Source of the DNA: the human T2T-CHM13v2.0 reference genome, Homo sapiens
Assembly: GCF_009914755.1 (NCBI RefSeq)
Contig: NC_060927.1
Length of the DNA stretch: 64,000 nt
Direction: 5' to 3' (one strand)
How positions within the stretch are numbered: position 1 is the first letter of the stretch; the number at the start of each line of letters is the position of its first letter. Position numbers and translations under genes: made by a program. Shown here piece after piece: positions 42,666-56,174 of the stretch. The notes beneath the pieces are model-generated. The model ran no database searches. It saw only the letters and a program-made list of their open reading frames with translations, and was not told where the DNA came from.

Positions 42666-45034
42666 TCACCTTTTTGTGTAATTCTTTTTTTCAGAGATGT
42701 TGATACCTGAGTTAATGAATGATTCTCCCCTTCCCATTAGTCTGCTAATGGCTATTACTAGATTAGATCCAAACATTTCACTAGAGCCATGAAACCTCCC
42801 TCAACACATTGGGTGATCTATCCACTGATTTTTTTTTTCTTTTTCTTTAGAAACATCCCACCAGGGTCCTTTTGTTCCTTTACTCCAAAACTAGACTGTT
42901 TGCTCTTTAGGTAGAGCTGTCACTCTGAAGTTCTCCTTTGTTATCATCCTGTGAATTGCTAACTGCAGAGTAAATTCTCCTTCTAGCTCTCATGTCAAGC
43001 CCCAGTCTTCTAGACCATTTAGATTAGGTGCACCCTTCGGCCATTTAGCTTAGCTTTGTTCATCTCTCTCATTTTAGGGTGTTTTTCTTCAATTTTGTTA
43101 ACTGAGAATTTCCTTCCAATGTTTAAACTTTTTATTTAAGACTTACTTTTGTTTTAATTTTTACCAAATATTCTATGGTTAGGAGCTGGGGGGAAGCACT
43201 TTTCCTTATCACCTCAGTTTGTCAGATGTCAACCATCTCTAAAAGATGGCATTTAGAAAGATATCATTGATTCATTTATTGATTCACTCAGCAAATTATG
43301 TGAGTGCTAGGTGTGTTAATATTTTTTGTTCCCAGAAATGCAAAGATTTTTCTCTTGGTTCAAAATAACCAGTAGGCACATATATAAACATACTAAAAAT
43401 AAATTATGTCACATTTCCTTGAGATTTACAATAGAAAGAAAAAAAACAAAGAAGAACAAAATTATTTCAATAGTAAAACTCTGATCCTGATCCTTCCTAT
43501 AAACTGTTTTTGGAAAGAACACTCTAATTCCCTTGGAATTGTTCACATTTCCCATAATTTGATGCAACAGCTTTTCTCTTCAGGGTGATTCTCTCCAGCT
43601 GTAATGAATGCAGACTCTAAATTTGACTGCTTAGTGGAAATTGCAGTAAACAGATTGTATTTCATTGTATTATTTTTAATCTGATTACATAAAAAAACAA
43701 TATTATTACTACTTTTTATATATCTATATCCTAAAAATTCCACACTTTAAAAGTGTTCAAAGATTCCACATTTAATCGGAGTCCAAAGTATTTTAGGAAT
43801 ATTATTTCCTTTTAATCTTGGTAATTTTTTTAACTGTGTATAATAAATTAAAATTTTTTATTAACTGCCTTGAATGAAAATACATTAAAAAGGTTAAACA
43901 CAGTTGTAAAACTATCTTCTTAGGACTTATATAAATCTACAGTAGGATCTCAAGTTATACTGGATAGCAACAAAGTAGAAATTTAAATCAAAGAGTAAAA
44001 CCAGGCTTGGTACCCCAGTCCTTCACAATCTCCAGACATCAACAACCATATTTCATTAGCATATCTATAAGAATTTGGTCAGTTTATTGTATCACTTATT
44101 AATACCAAAAGTCATGGAGGGTCCACCCCAACATCAACTCTGTTGTCATATAGAAAAGGTAATAGACTAGCTAATAATGTAAAATCTATTCTGTGTTGCA
44201 GTGTGTCTCTGTTAAATGAAAAGATGACATATTGAAGCTAGATTGATTAAGATACCTTCAACTGAGTTCTCCCCACTTATTATAGTCTGGAGCAGCCTCT
44301 GCTATTTAAATGATTGAAGAAAATTGATATCAGTGACTATATTTAATGTCCAAAAGTTTGTGTGGAAAAATTCTGATCACGTTAAGCTCCATGGGGTAGA
44401 CTTATTTGTCATAATATATGGCATGTTCTAGGCTTATAATAGAAGCATAAAAGTTAAGAATAATGAAGTCAAGGGGGATAAAAGCAACTAGCAATTGAGG
44501 CTTTAACAAAATTTGAAATCTAAAATCCTGTTTCAAAATTTAGGGCTATTAATGTATTAACTCTACTTATTTCATCCAACTTTAATATCAGCTTCTTATA
44601 ATTTTTCTCACATTTAGTGTACATTTAAGAAATTTGTTCTGAAGAACAGATGGAAGTAATCACAGCTAAAACTCCCACCCCTTCTTCTCTTCTGCTGGCC
44701 CAATTTTTTCCAAGGGCACATCTGGGCCTGGGATGGGTCCTTTTTATAGTTTTCTCAAGAGCATGTGATTAAAACATTTCATGTGTTTAATTAAAGGCTT
44801 TTGTGTGCACTATGTGCAGTGAGGACCTCATGTCTTTCCAAGATCACATATCTGAACTGTGACACTGTGAACCATTAATATCTCAATCTGAAATCAAGTT
44901 CACTAAATCTGAATGAATGGGTGGTTAGAGAAAAGGAGGAAGAGGAGGAAATGAATTGCTATAAATTAAGAATGTATTATAGAACATGAGCATTGGCAAA
45001 TCTATTCATGTCTATATACAAGCCTCTCCCCCTA

Positions 45035-45220
45035 GATCAGTCTTCTTTTGGAATTGAATGAGCCTGAGAAAACATCTAGTCCAAACTCCTCACCTGACAG
45101 ATGAAACCAAAACCCTAAAAGATGATGTGATACACCCTGGATTATACAGCTTGACATCACCTGACCCAGGACTAGAACACAAGGCTCCTAATTTGCTTCT
45201 AGGGTTCTTCTCATTGTAGC
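45035..45220 (-). mobile_element. MIR (MIR3-like) fragment
   Basis: catctagtccaaactcctca..tgacagatgaaac; ggactagaacacaaggctcct. Confidence 0.65.
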
Positions 45221-45574
45221 CTTAAAACACAAGACTGAAATTTTAAAGCCTAACTCTAAGAAAAGCACATAAAACAGGGAACTAAAATAGCACTAAAATA
45301 GGGCTCTGATATGGAAGCCCTCACATCCTGAATGACTGGGATGGATCATTTGTATTGCAAAAATTAGCCTTAGGAATCTCCTGTAAGACTTTTCCTGTTT
45401 TTCATTGCTATACCCTAGTTTCCACCTGGCCCTATCACCCACACCTCATCAAACTGGAAATATTATAAAACCTTGATTAATGCATGAAATGCATGGATTT
45501 CTCAAAGGAATCTGATCCCTGAGATGGGATGAAAGTTACTAATATTTAAATCCAATAAAATAAGAGTAAGAATA

Positions 45575-45805
45575 AAAGTAATAATAACAGCTAATATTTA
45601 GGAACATTTTCTTTGTACCAAGAGTATACTGATTGTATTACGTTTCATAGTTTGTTCTTACAATAGCTATGTGAGCAGAGTGCTACTATCATACCAACTT
45701 TACCATCAAAAAAGATTTAAATGATCTTTCCATTATTGGGTAGCTTGAAAGTGGGGTAACCAGTATTGAAGCCCAGGACTGCCTGATATAAAAAATCTGC
45801 TCTTC
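45575..45805 (-). mobile_element. MIR fragment
   Basis: aataataacagctaatatttaggaaca...gaagcccagg. Confidence 0.6.
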
Positions 45806-47246
45806 CCTCATCCCACACTTGGCAGTCATTCCTCTACAATACAAGAACAACTTTTAAGACATTCTCCTTCCAAAACTCTCATTGAATATAACCCTTCATA
45901 ATCCAAGGTAGCTGGGGCTTATAAAAACACACATTCGGAGGCATGTTCTTCTGATGCGAAGCCTTTAAAAAAGAGAGGTGAAATAACAGAATAGGCAAGG
46001 AAATCAGTGCCTTTGGTTTTGTTACTGTTCAAGTACTACCCTTGTCAGAGAACTGCAGTTGTTCTCAAATGATTCAGGGAAAAAAACACCCTTCTGAGTC
46101 AGTAAGTTCGGCTGAAAGACAAGAGAAAATCAAGCAGAGTCATTCTAAACCAATGATTCATTGACCTTGGAACTCTGGCTAGTAGATGTCTAATAAAAAC
46201 AAACCCTTTCAGTTTAAGAGATGAGATATTTACTCCATACCTAATGAAAAGTACAGAGAACTTAGAGAAATTAAATATTTTTTCCTAACACAAAACCTGG
46301 ACAGATTTCTTCTTTTTCAAGGACAAGTAAAACAATATTAAGTAACATAAAGAAAGGAAGTACTGCCTTAGGGATACAGGGTATGCACAAAAAACGATTA
46401 ACCATAAGAAACTGAAGATATTTTTAGAAATTACCTACTTTGCATTTTTCATAAATTAAAACAGCGTTTTCTGAAACATAAGAAATGAGTTTAAGATAAA
46501 CTAGAATAAAGGGTAAGATTAAAATTAAAAAGGAATTGATCAGTAGAAGGAAAGAATGCATTAAGTTAAGGGAGAAGTTTTGTTCTCTCGTCATTACCAA
46601 TTTTCTTGCCACAAACAATTACAAAAGCTAAATAAAAGATAAAGAAAAATGTTTGAATGCAACAGTGAAGGGATCAAAGAGCAACCGAGGCTATCAGAAG
46701 TTGAAGGGCAATTATCCCATAAAGAAGAGAGACAGACTAATATGAACACATTTTTATAACTGTCTTTCCTCAGAGGTGTTGGTGATGTAGACCACCATTT
46801 CTAAGCAGAAAGTGGTAAGCTGGCACTGACAGCAGCCTCCCCAGGCTGGGCAGACACAGACCAAAGAAGCCAGAATGTAACAGGGAAAAGGGAATGCAGA
46901 AAGGATAGCTCAAAATACTACAGCAATTTGCCCTTCAGCCATTTGCCAACTGCTAAGTTTTACTCATACAGATTGAGACTTGAAAAAACAAGGAAAAAGC
47001 CCCAGCTCAGATGCCAGAGAGTGAAGCCAAGATTTCAGCAGTTTTTCAGTCCATCAGAGAGACAGAAGTCTGAATTCACAACCCAGTATGGTGGGGGGAC
47101 CTTAGTAAAAAACTCCAGGCTCTCAGTTGAGACATAAAAGAGAAAATATATACGTACTTGAAAGCATCAGGTCATGCCAGAGTTTCTCCAATATGCATAA
47201 ATTGCCTATATATATATGATATATATGTCCATTCTATATATATATA

Positions 47247-47716
47247 ACATGCCCATTCTACTTATTTTTGTATTTCACTGCTTTCTCTTTTTCTCTTTGT
47301 CTCTATAAATTTCTGCTTTTAATCTAGTTGTAATTTTATAATTTAATGCTTAATTTATTCATTCTTGTTCTTCAAGGTCAATACTTTTACTAATAGCAGC
47401 TTTATAAAGCTATAACTCATAAGTTTTGGCATATATATATGATATATATATTTCTATGTAGTTAAAATATCAATGGTTAATATCAAATATACATATAAGA
47501 TTAAGCAAAATAAAATTCATATTCCTTTATGCCAAAACTTATGACTTATAGCTTTATAAAGCTGCTATTAGTAAAAGTATTGACCTTGAAGAACAAGAAT
47601 GAATAAATTAAGCATTAAATTATAAAATTACAACTAGATTAAAAGCAGAAATTTATAGAGACAAAGAGAAAAAGAGAGAAAGCAGTGAAATACAAAAAAA
47701 AGTAGAATGGACATGT
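47247..47716. repeat. Long inverted repeat: arms 47247-47433 and 47528-47716, 94-bp spacer
   Basis: arms are reverse complements with about 3 substitutions and one 2-bp indel by eye. Confidence 0.95.
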
Positions 47717-47913
47717 AATTGATAAACAACTAAATAATTAGTTCTTCTGAAAAATCCTATAAAAAGTTGTCTAGAATATAAACAACAGGATTTTTAAATT
47801 TAAGTACTGGTTCTAAAGTTCATTTGGGAAAAAAAGCCACTTATAAAAATAAAAAAAAGTTGAACAACGGAGTAAAAAAGGATACTGACCCAGCCAAATA
47901 TGATAAATCATAA

Positions 47914-48135
<222 letters not shown>

Positions 48136-48259
48136 TGATAGAGAATTAGGGATTTCATCTGAAAAGAAGTAAAGGTAATTTATACATATTGGGGAAATTT
48201 TGGCATGACCTGATGCTTTCAGGTATTTATAACCCAGATCTCTTTATAAGTATTTCTTT

Positions 48260-48400
48260 ATTCATTCCACTCTATTTGAGGGCCTATCATATGCCCAACA
48301 CTTTATACAGCCTTGGGAAAACACAGTTGAGAATAGCACAGGGATACTCCCTGCATTCAGAGAGCATACAGTTTGAGGGTAGGACAGACATTAAATAAAG
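48260..48400 (-). mobile_element. L2 3' fragment
   Basis: ttcattcc..tatttgagggcctatcatatgccc. Confidence 0.55.
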
Positions 48401-48569
48401 GACACAATCTGTAGGTGAATTTAAGGAAAGAACCAAGATGGGATTAAACACTATTCTGCTTCTTACTGACTGGTGACTATATTTCATCATGATATTAACA
48501 GCATTATAAAACACCTAGGAAAAGTCAACAAATTATAATACATTTCAGTCTGTCAAGCAGTTTTGTTTA

Positions 48570-48706
48570 AGGCAGCTTTAAAAAATCCTGACGTCTAGGA
48601 CACAACCAAGACCAGATAAGGCAGACTTTGGGGTGGGACCCAGGCATCAATATTATTAAAGCTTTCCAGGTGATTCCAATGTGCAGCCAAGGTTGAGAAT
48701 CACCGA
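48570..48706. mobile_element. MER5A-type MITE
   Basis: ggggtgggacccaggcatc...ccaggtgattccaatgtgcagccaaggttgagaatcac. Confidence 0.85.
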
Positions 48707-50152
48707 TTTCAGGGGAAGTTTACACGTTTTTAATTTCTTTTGTATAAACATATAAACTTATTTTCCATTTTATCTAATATCCAAAGGCCTTCTAATTCAT
48801 ATGCCCACTTAGTCACAGAAAATATTTATGCCTCATCACCAAGTGTAAAATTTCTGGGTGGGGACATAACCTGAGCTAAGTAGCTGGAATATAAAACTGG
48901 CTATTTCTAATAGTAATCTCAAAAAAAAGGAGGCAAGTTGTTTATTTAATACTTATTTTGGCTATTACTTTATGCTTAAAAGTCCAATATAATTACATGT
49001 GATACTAAACAAGAGTCATGTGTATCTGAGTATTGCATCATTGAGGGTAACTGCCACACCTCCCTATAGTTACAGGCTAATGTTCCTACCTAAAGCAAAA
49101 TATTAAACTGATCCTCTACAATTCTTCTTATGTTGCAGGGTTTATCTAACATGCTTATGGACAGGGACAAGCATTAGGATTGAAAGAACCACTCCAAACA
49201 CTATAAACAGAATATTAAAAATCTTATTGTTACCAAATAGGCAAAAGAAAAATAACATAAGCAAAGACTAGAGGTTTTCCAAAGTTTTCCTCAGTTATTT
49301 TATTCTTTGATTATAAGGCCATCTCAGGCTGTAATGTTTGGAATTTGGCCTGTTGGCCTCCAAAACCAAGGGCAAGCCATCTGGCTCCAAGCACAATGAG
49401 CTCCAATTATGGCACCATTGAATTTTTTTCTCTTTCTTTTTCCTTTGTGGATAAGACTAAGTTTTGCCATTTTGTTCTCAAGTTTCTAAGTTTTATTTTT
49501 GCTTTAGGACTCTCCCCACAGCAGCAATTCTTGCAATTACACATTTATGTTCTGAACTCACAAGTAAATCCTATAAAAATACTCCCTTATCCCATGTTAA
49601 TTACTCAAAAATCAAACCAAAGGAGCAAGTCCGTAGTAGCAAAGGGTTTTCTGCAAAGCAGAAGATACATGAAGGAATTCCTTACGGCTCCATCCTACTT
49701 TATAATCAGGGTGTGATTTTACAGCATTTAGAAAGAAATAAACAAAGGATACATCATTCTTTAAAACTTTATTTTGTCTCCTTATTTCCAAGAGTCAAAT
49801 AACTACAGAACCATGAAAATTGACTCAACAAATCCTACAGCAACTCCTCTTTGTCAGGTCCCATGTTAGAACCAGAGTTTACAACACAGTATGAGAGAAG
49901 CGAGAACCTGCCATCATGGACTGTAAAGCCACAAAGTAAATAACAGAAATATAAATGACTTCATGTGTAAAGAGAAGTCATTAAGCAACCTTATTGCTCC
50001 AAATTCCATTGCTTTTTACCCTGCTCCCCAGCTCCTAAATTATCACACAAGATCATGTTCTCCCTCTCTCCCTCCTCCTCCCCTTCTGCTCTGTAGTTTA
50101 AAGCTCAACTTAACTTCTAATTCTTTAAACTCCATCCTGTTATCTTCTTTAG

Positions 50153-50182
50153 GGGCTGAATGGGCTGAATGGGCTGAATGGG
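50153..50182. repeat. (GGCTGAATG)3 tandem repeat
   Basis: direct reading. Confidence 0.9.
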
Positions 50183-50424
50183 AGAAGGGTGTGTGATTTC
50201 CTTGTGTATTGGTGAGGTGCAAAGAATGGAAACAAACTCTATCTGATTTAAGCAGGAAAAAAATGACATGAAAGGATATTGGAATTTCACATTCCCTGGG
50301 AAGTTAAACAAGCAGGAACAAAGGAAAGCTCTGCAGCCATGGCCACAGCCAGAGATGCAGCACGGAGCCTCCAGGTGAGGACACGCTGCCCCTACCCTGA
50401 CACGTGCACCCAGCACCGGACCCA

Positions 50425-50438
50425 CCACCAGAGGGCAC
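50425..50438 (+). promoter_or_regulatory. Candidate CTCF binding site
   Basis: CCACCAGAGGGCAC fits the CTCF core CCASYAGRKGGCRS at every position; local CpG retention. Confidence 0.6.
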
Positions 50439-51884
50439 TCCTGCTGCTGCCCTCCAGGAACTCCTCCCTATTTATGCCTCCGCAGCTTCTTTAACTCCAG
50501 ATTAAAAAATTCCAGGCACTACATTAGATAGACCTAATTCCATGGGAGCTACAAAAGCAATTTCTGAGAATTTTCTGTTTCTACGGTGGTAAGGAATCTT
50601 CTGTGTCTATAGGGGGTGGACTCTGCTTCCCACCAAGACTTTTATGGCAGGGAATTTCCAAAATAGAGAAAAGGAGGTAAAATGCTGGAGACTTTTGCTT
50701 TTGCTTTTGTTTTTTTAATGACAAGCAGTCCCTCTTCCACAAATTTCTCAGGTAATTGTTCAGAAAATGTCTTGTGGACATATTCTCCTTTCCTGATTCC
50801 CATCTAAGGGAATTGGATTTTTATGGTCATCCCTAAGTAAATAGCCTGTCTAATTTCACAGAGAAGTCTAAACTTCCTGTTATCCAAATGCCACTCCCTG
50901 GGAGTCCTCTACCTTACCCAAGGCTGAAAGGACAGAATATTTTTTATGGGTGATTTTCCCCACACAACCCTATCCACTACAAAATGGCCTCCACTTCACA
51001 CTCAACTTCCTGCATTATTTTAAAATCTAGCTCAGGGCAAAAGTACACTGGGTTTCATTACTGTGTGAGATACCATCATCTTCCTCTTTCCTTCCTTTGT
51101 TGGCCCAAGAGCCGTGTCTAGTGTACTTTGAATTTTCCTTCTTTCATCAGGCCTCTGACCATTTTCCCTTCCATGAGTACAATTTCTAAGTAGTCATGAT
51201 GTTACGTGCAGATAGATTCATCAAATAAGGAGAAGCCACCTAACACAAAGTCTAAGACTTTATAAAGTAAGCAGCAATGACCTTGGTTAATTCTAGAAAA
51301 TAGTTGATGTCTGAGTTCCTCCGAGGTCTCCCAAGCCACCTGCTTTCCTCCCACATCTGATACTCCTCACCCCCAACCCCTTTTGCTTAATATCCTCCAG
51401 AAATAATCTGGAACTCAATAATACTAATAGGTGAATGATTGACACTAAAAGAAATCCATCTTTGAGAACTCCTCAAGTGCTTTAGGGCTTTTCTGAAAAA
51501 TACTTTCCCTCCAACAGTGAAGATTCAAAACTAACCAAAGATCTCTGCATTTCCTTTTTCTATGTGTCCACAAATTATTTCTAATAAAAGGTCCAAGATA
51601 AGAATCAAACACCAATGACAGATATTTTGGATAAAATCTGTAATTCGATTATTGGTTGCTGAAATTTTGATTGACTTTTTCCCTCAGTCATGATTTTATT
51701 ACAAACTTTCCCCAAAGAGTTACCAGCCCCTACAATTAAGAGTTACATACCAAGTTTACTTTAACAAAAAATCCTGAAACAAAAGTCACTGCGATTTCTG
51801 GCTAATTTTATCACTTAGGTGTATAATGCCCAATAACCTGATCCCCTCACTCAATACAATAGCCTAATTAACAGTACAAGCTCA

Positions 51885-52195
51885 GCTGGGCACGGTAACT
51901 CATGCGTGTAATCCCGGCATTTTGGGAGGCCAGAGTAGGAGGATTGCTTGATCTAAGGAGTTTGAGAACAGCCTGAGTAAAATAGTGAGACACCCAACTC
52001 TACAAAAAAACTAATAATAATTAGCTGGGTGTGGTGGTGCACACTTGTAGCCCCAGCTACTTGGGAGGCTGAGACAGGAGGATTGCTTGAGCCCAGGTGA
52101 TTGTAGCTGCAGTGAGCTATGATCATATATCACCACACTCTAACCTGGGCAACAGAGCAAGACTTGGCCTCAAAAAATAAAATAAAAATGAAAAA
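51885..52195 (+). mobile_element. AluJ
   Basis: aggaggattgcttga in both arms; TSD agtacaagctca / agtacaagttca. Confidence 0.92.
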
Positions 52196-54047
52196 GTACA
52201 AGTTCATATTCATGTTAGGACTTATTCTGATAACAAAATGCACTATCCTATCAAGAGGAACCCCACTGGTCTCATTAACATTATTTAGACAAAAATCTAA
52301 AGCCATTTATAAGCCTCGTCTACTAAACTATCAAAGTGAGGCCACTATGTTAGAAAAACACAGCTGAATTATTTATCTAACATTTCCTGGTATTTTACTT
52401 AATGAGTAAACTGTATGTTGATCTAATAAGAACAGGGAGTGGAATGGGGCGTATCATTTCTTGACTCAGACATTTTTTACAGCTAGCAGGAAACTAGATG
52501 TCATTTACTCCGGAGGTCTCAACCTGGCAGCCTGTTCTGCAATTGTGTTTTCTTTGTTTGGCAGTGTTTTGATTTAATCCGTTGCTTATATTAAACAGTA
52601 TACTTCATATAAAAATGTCCAGACTTTCACTTCTTTTTAAAAATTAGAATATCTGGCCCCATTTCTCATATTTATATAAGGTAAGCATCTTCTTATATGT
52701 AAAAGTCATCAGCTAATCCACTTTACTCATTTAAATTATCTGCATGAGTTTTAATTTTGAGGAGTACTGACAGAATCTCCACCATTACTCCTCCATCCTG
52801 CATTCTAAACAAATAAGCATCCTAAACAAGGTGTTAAAAAATCAGCCAACCAACCACTATGAAAAGGAATCATTGTTCTTGTTTTAATTAGGACTCAACA
52901 CCAATTTGATAAAAAAAAAAAAAAAAGTTCTACTCAGTATTGCTTCTCAATGTCACTAGGACATAACTACTTTCATTTTAAAGCTCAGGACAATCATCTC
53001 CTTTAATTTAATATTGTGAGGTTAGAGAAAAAGAACAGGGCAGGGTAGGAGAGAGAACTAATGATAAAATTGGATATAACTCTTAGATTTTTATTTGAAA
53101 GGCAAAAAAATAATCTTTACAGTGGCATGTGCTTATTTTCATGGTGTATCAAACAAAAGCAATAATTAGTTTTCTGAAAAGAACAACACAGGTTGCTGGA
53201 AATTAACTCTGTGTGTTTACCCTAATTAAGTTGGTGGTTAAAATTGCATATGTTAGTTGCTTTATTATTAGAAAGCTCAAATTAAAGAGAATGTAATTAA
53301 GTTGTTTGGCATTTTAAATAGGAAATGTATTAATTTTTCCACTTAGACTGATAATTTTAAATTCTTAATAACCTGGTCTGATATGTCCAATTCAAATGAC
53401 CAAGGGATTGCCAGAAAGCAGCCTGTTAGAGAGCAAAATAATCTAAGGAAAATAATCCCTTAGAATGTTTATCTAATAGCAAGTAACTTGTATGAAAGTT
53501 TACAAAACCTTAAATAACCCTCTTTTTAGACATTTCTAAATTCTTCTCCCAAATTATTATTTGTTTTAGCTTCACAGATATATATATATATACATATTTA
53601 AGCGTACCAATCTAAAAATAAAGAATTAAGGAGCAATATTTCCCTCTCAAAATAAAAAAGTCTGTAATAAATTTGGGTTGTTAGGCTTAAACTGAACATT
53701 GCATCATAAACCTCTATGAGAGCAGACCCTGGTACATAATTTGTTGTACTTAATAACCAAAAAATATATGCACATGTGAATAAATGAATCCCCATGAAGA
53801 AAGTAAAAGCACATTAAGATGTCATTGATGGATCTTACTGTAGCTGTGATGTAATGTCTATATTATACCTTATAACTACATTGTCAAGAGGTCTTAAAAC
53901 TATTAATCATGAAAAACAAAATTATCAATTATTGATATGTTAATAACAGCATCAACTTTTGTTTTGCATTCCTGGTTAATTATGAGCATTATTATTATTA
54001 CTGTAGCAGCTCTTTGTATCTACTATGGATCTTGTAATGTGCTATTA

Positions 54048-54876
54048 TGAAAAGCAGAATAATGTCCAACCCCCAAGATGTCCACATTCTAATGTGAAAC
54101 CTGTGAATATATCACCCTACATGGGAAAAGGGACTTTGCAATATGCCTAAGTCAAGGATTTTTAGATGGTAGGACTACCTGGATTATCCGGGTATCTTAG
54201 TCCATTTGTGCTGCTATATACCTGACACTAGGTAATTTATAAGAACAGAAGTTTATGCCTTACAGTTCTGCAGGCTCAGAAGTTCAGTATCAGTTCACTG
54301 TCTGGTGAGGGCTGCTCTCTGCTTCCAAGATGACACTTTGCTGCTGTGTCCAGAGGGGATAAATGCTGTGTCTTCATGTAGTGGAAGGGATGGAAGGGCC
54401 AAAAGAGTCTGGCTGGTTCCATCCACCCCTTTTATAAGAAACGAATATCATCTGTGAGGGCAGAACCTTCGTGTCTTAATCCTAACGGCCCCCATCTCTT
54501 ACTATGATTGCACTGGAGAGTAAGTTTCAACATGCATTTATGAGGAGGCAAACATTCAAACCATAGCACTGGGTGAGCCCAATATAATCACAAATGTTCT
54601 TATAAGTAAAAGGCAGAGGGTCAGAATCAGAAAAGACAATGTGACAACAGAAGCAGAGTTCAGAGTCATATGGCCCCGAGCCAAGGAATGCAGGCAACCT
54701 CAAGAAACTGGAAAGGGCGAGGAAATGAATTCTCCCCTAGAGCCTCCAGAAGGAACACAGCCCTGAAGACCTATTTTGGACTCTGATTTCCAGAAATAAA
54801 AAATAATACATTTGTGTTGTTTCAAGCTAACCAATTTTGTGATAATTTGTTATAGCAGCAATAGGAAACTAATACA
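54048..54876 (+). mobile_element. MLT1D-type MaLR LTR (interrupted)
   Basis: aagatgtccacattctaat...aaaagggactttgca...ctggattatccggg | ctgggtgagcccaat...tctcccctagagcctccagaagga...gcagcaataggaaactaataca. Confidence 0.88.
54193..54568 (-). mobile_element. MST/MLT1A-type MaLR LTR nested in MLT1D
   Basis: tatcttagtccatttgtgctgctat...aaacattcaaaccatagca; 5-bp TSD ccggg/ctggg. Confidence 0.88.
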
Positions 54877-55782
54877 GTTATGTACTGAGATATATTTAAA
54901 AATTGATTGGACATGAAAAATGTTAAGAGATAAATGGGGCATACCTAGCAAAGCTAAAATGAAGATGCTAATCAAAGACATGAACAGGCACAATATAAGC
55001 AACATGCTATGGGGAAATATCCAAGGTCTTCTGGAGAATCCATGAGCAACTGGGAAGAAAGGTCTTCTTGCTTCCTGCCAGCTCACCCTCATCTTATTCA
55101 AGGAAAGTAAAACAATTTGTTGTTTATGAAAGATCCACAGTTTTCTTTTTGTCTTTTCATTTTTCTCTTACATAAATCCTTTTTTTAAAATAGGTTAAAT
55201 CGATCTACTATTGGTTCCCTTATAAATAGAGTGCTAATAATAATTATATGTTATTGAGTTATATTTCAGAAGTCTTTGATAAGTTCCAAGCAGATTTAAA
55301 ATAAAAACTACCTTTTGAAATGTTGTGAAGAAAAGCCTATAAAAGGCTAGGTTAAAATGACATTCATCTGAGAAAAATTAGAATAAGCAACAAGCAAAAA
55401 ACATCAATGTGTTGCTGTCTCAGTTTTTGGTTCAAAGCTGAAACCAATCTTGGTAAAATGGAACAGAAAAACAATCATATTAATGATATAAAATGCTAAC
55501 CATTGAATAGATTAATTGGATATTTGATAAGCACTAAATATACATACACAATAGTTAAAAGGTTCCTCAAAGAATTATTAATGAATTATGTTCTGTCAAC
55601 GAAATGTATAATTCTTTATTCTCTAAGGGCATTCAGTTTATGGATCTAACAATTTTTGAAGATCAACCTAAGGATATTTGAGTTGTCATGGAAATTCATA
55701 ATAGCATCATCATGTAAGCCAACCTCTTCAATGTTGGTATCTTAATTCTACTCCAGTTTTTATAGAAGTATATGACTTAAAA

Positions 55783-56107
55783 CTATAAAAATGAATGAAA
55801 TCATGTCTTTTGCAGCCACATGGATGAAACTAGAAGCCATTAAGTGAAATAACTCAGAAACAGAAAGTCAAATACCACATGTTCTCACTTATAAGTGGAA
55901 GCTCAAAAATATGTATGCATGGACATAGAGAGTTGGACGGGTGGGAGGGTGGGAGCCGAGTGAGGAATGAGAAATTACTTAATGGATACAATGTACACTA
56001 CTCAGATGATGGCTATATTAAAAGCCCAGACTACACAATATATCTATGTAACAAAATTGTACTTGTACTCTCTAAATCTATAAAAATTTTAAAAAGAAAA
56101 AGAAAAA
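55783..56107 (+). mobile_element. L1MA 3' end
   Basis: aatgaaatcatgtcttttgcagc...gagaaattacttaatggatacaatgtacacta...aaaagcccagact. Confidence 0.85.
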
Positions 56108-56174
56108 ATCCCCCACAATTTTCTCATATCCAGTTTTTGTCCCAGCAAATTCAGTTTTCCTTCTTTTCTACTTT

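Noticed and set aside
53826-54048. Shuffled 8-9 bp words repeated ~190 bp apart (atggatctt, actgtagc, tgtaatgt)
   Set aside because: Matches too short in AT-rich DNA to distinguish from chance by eye.
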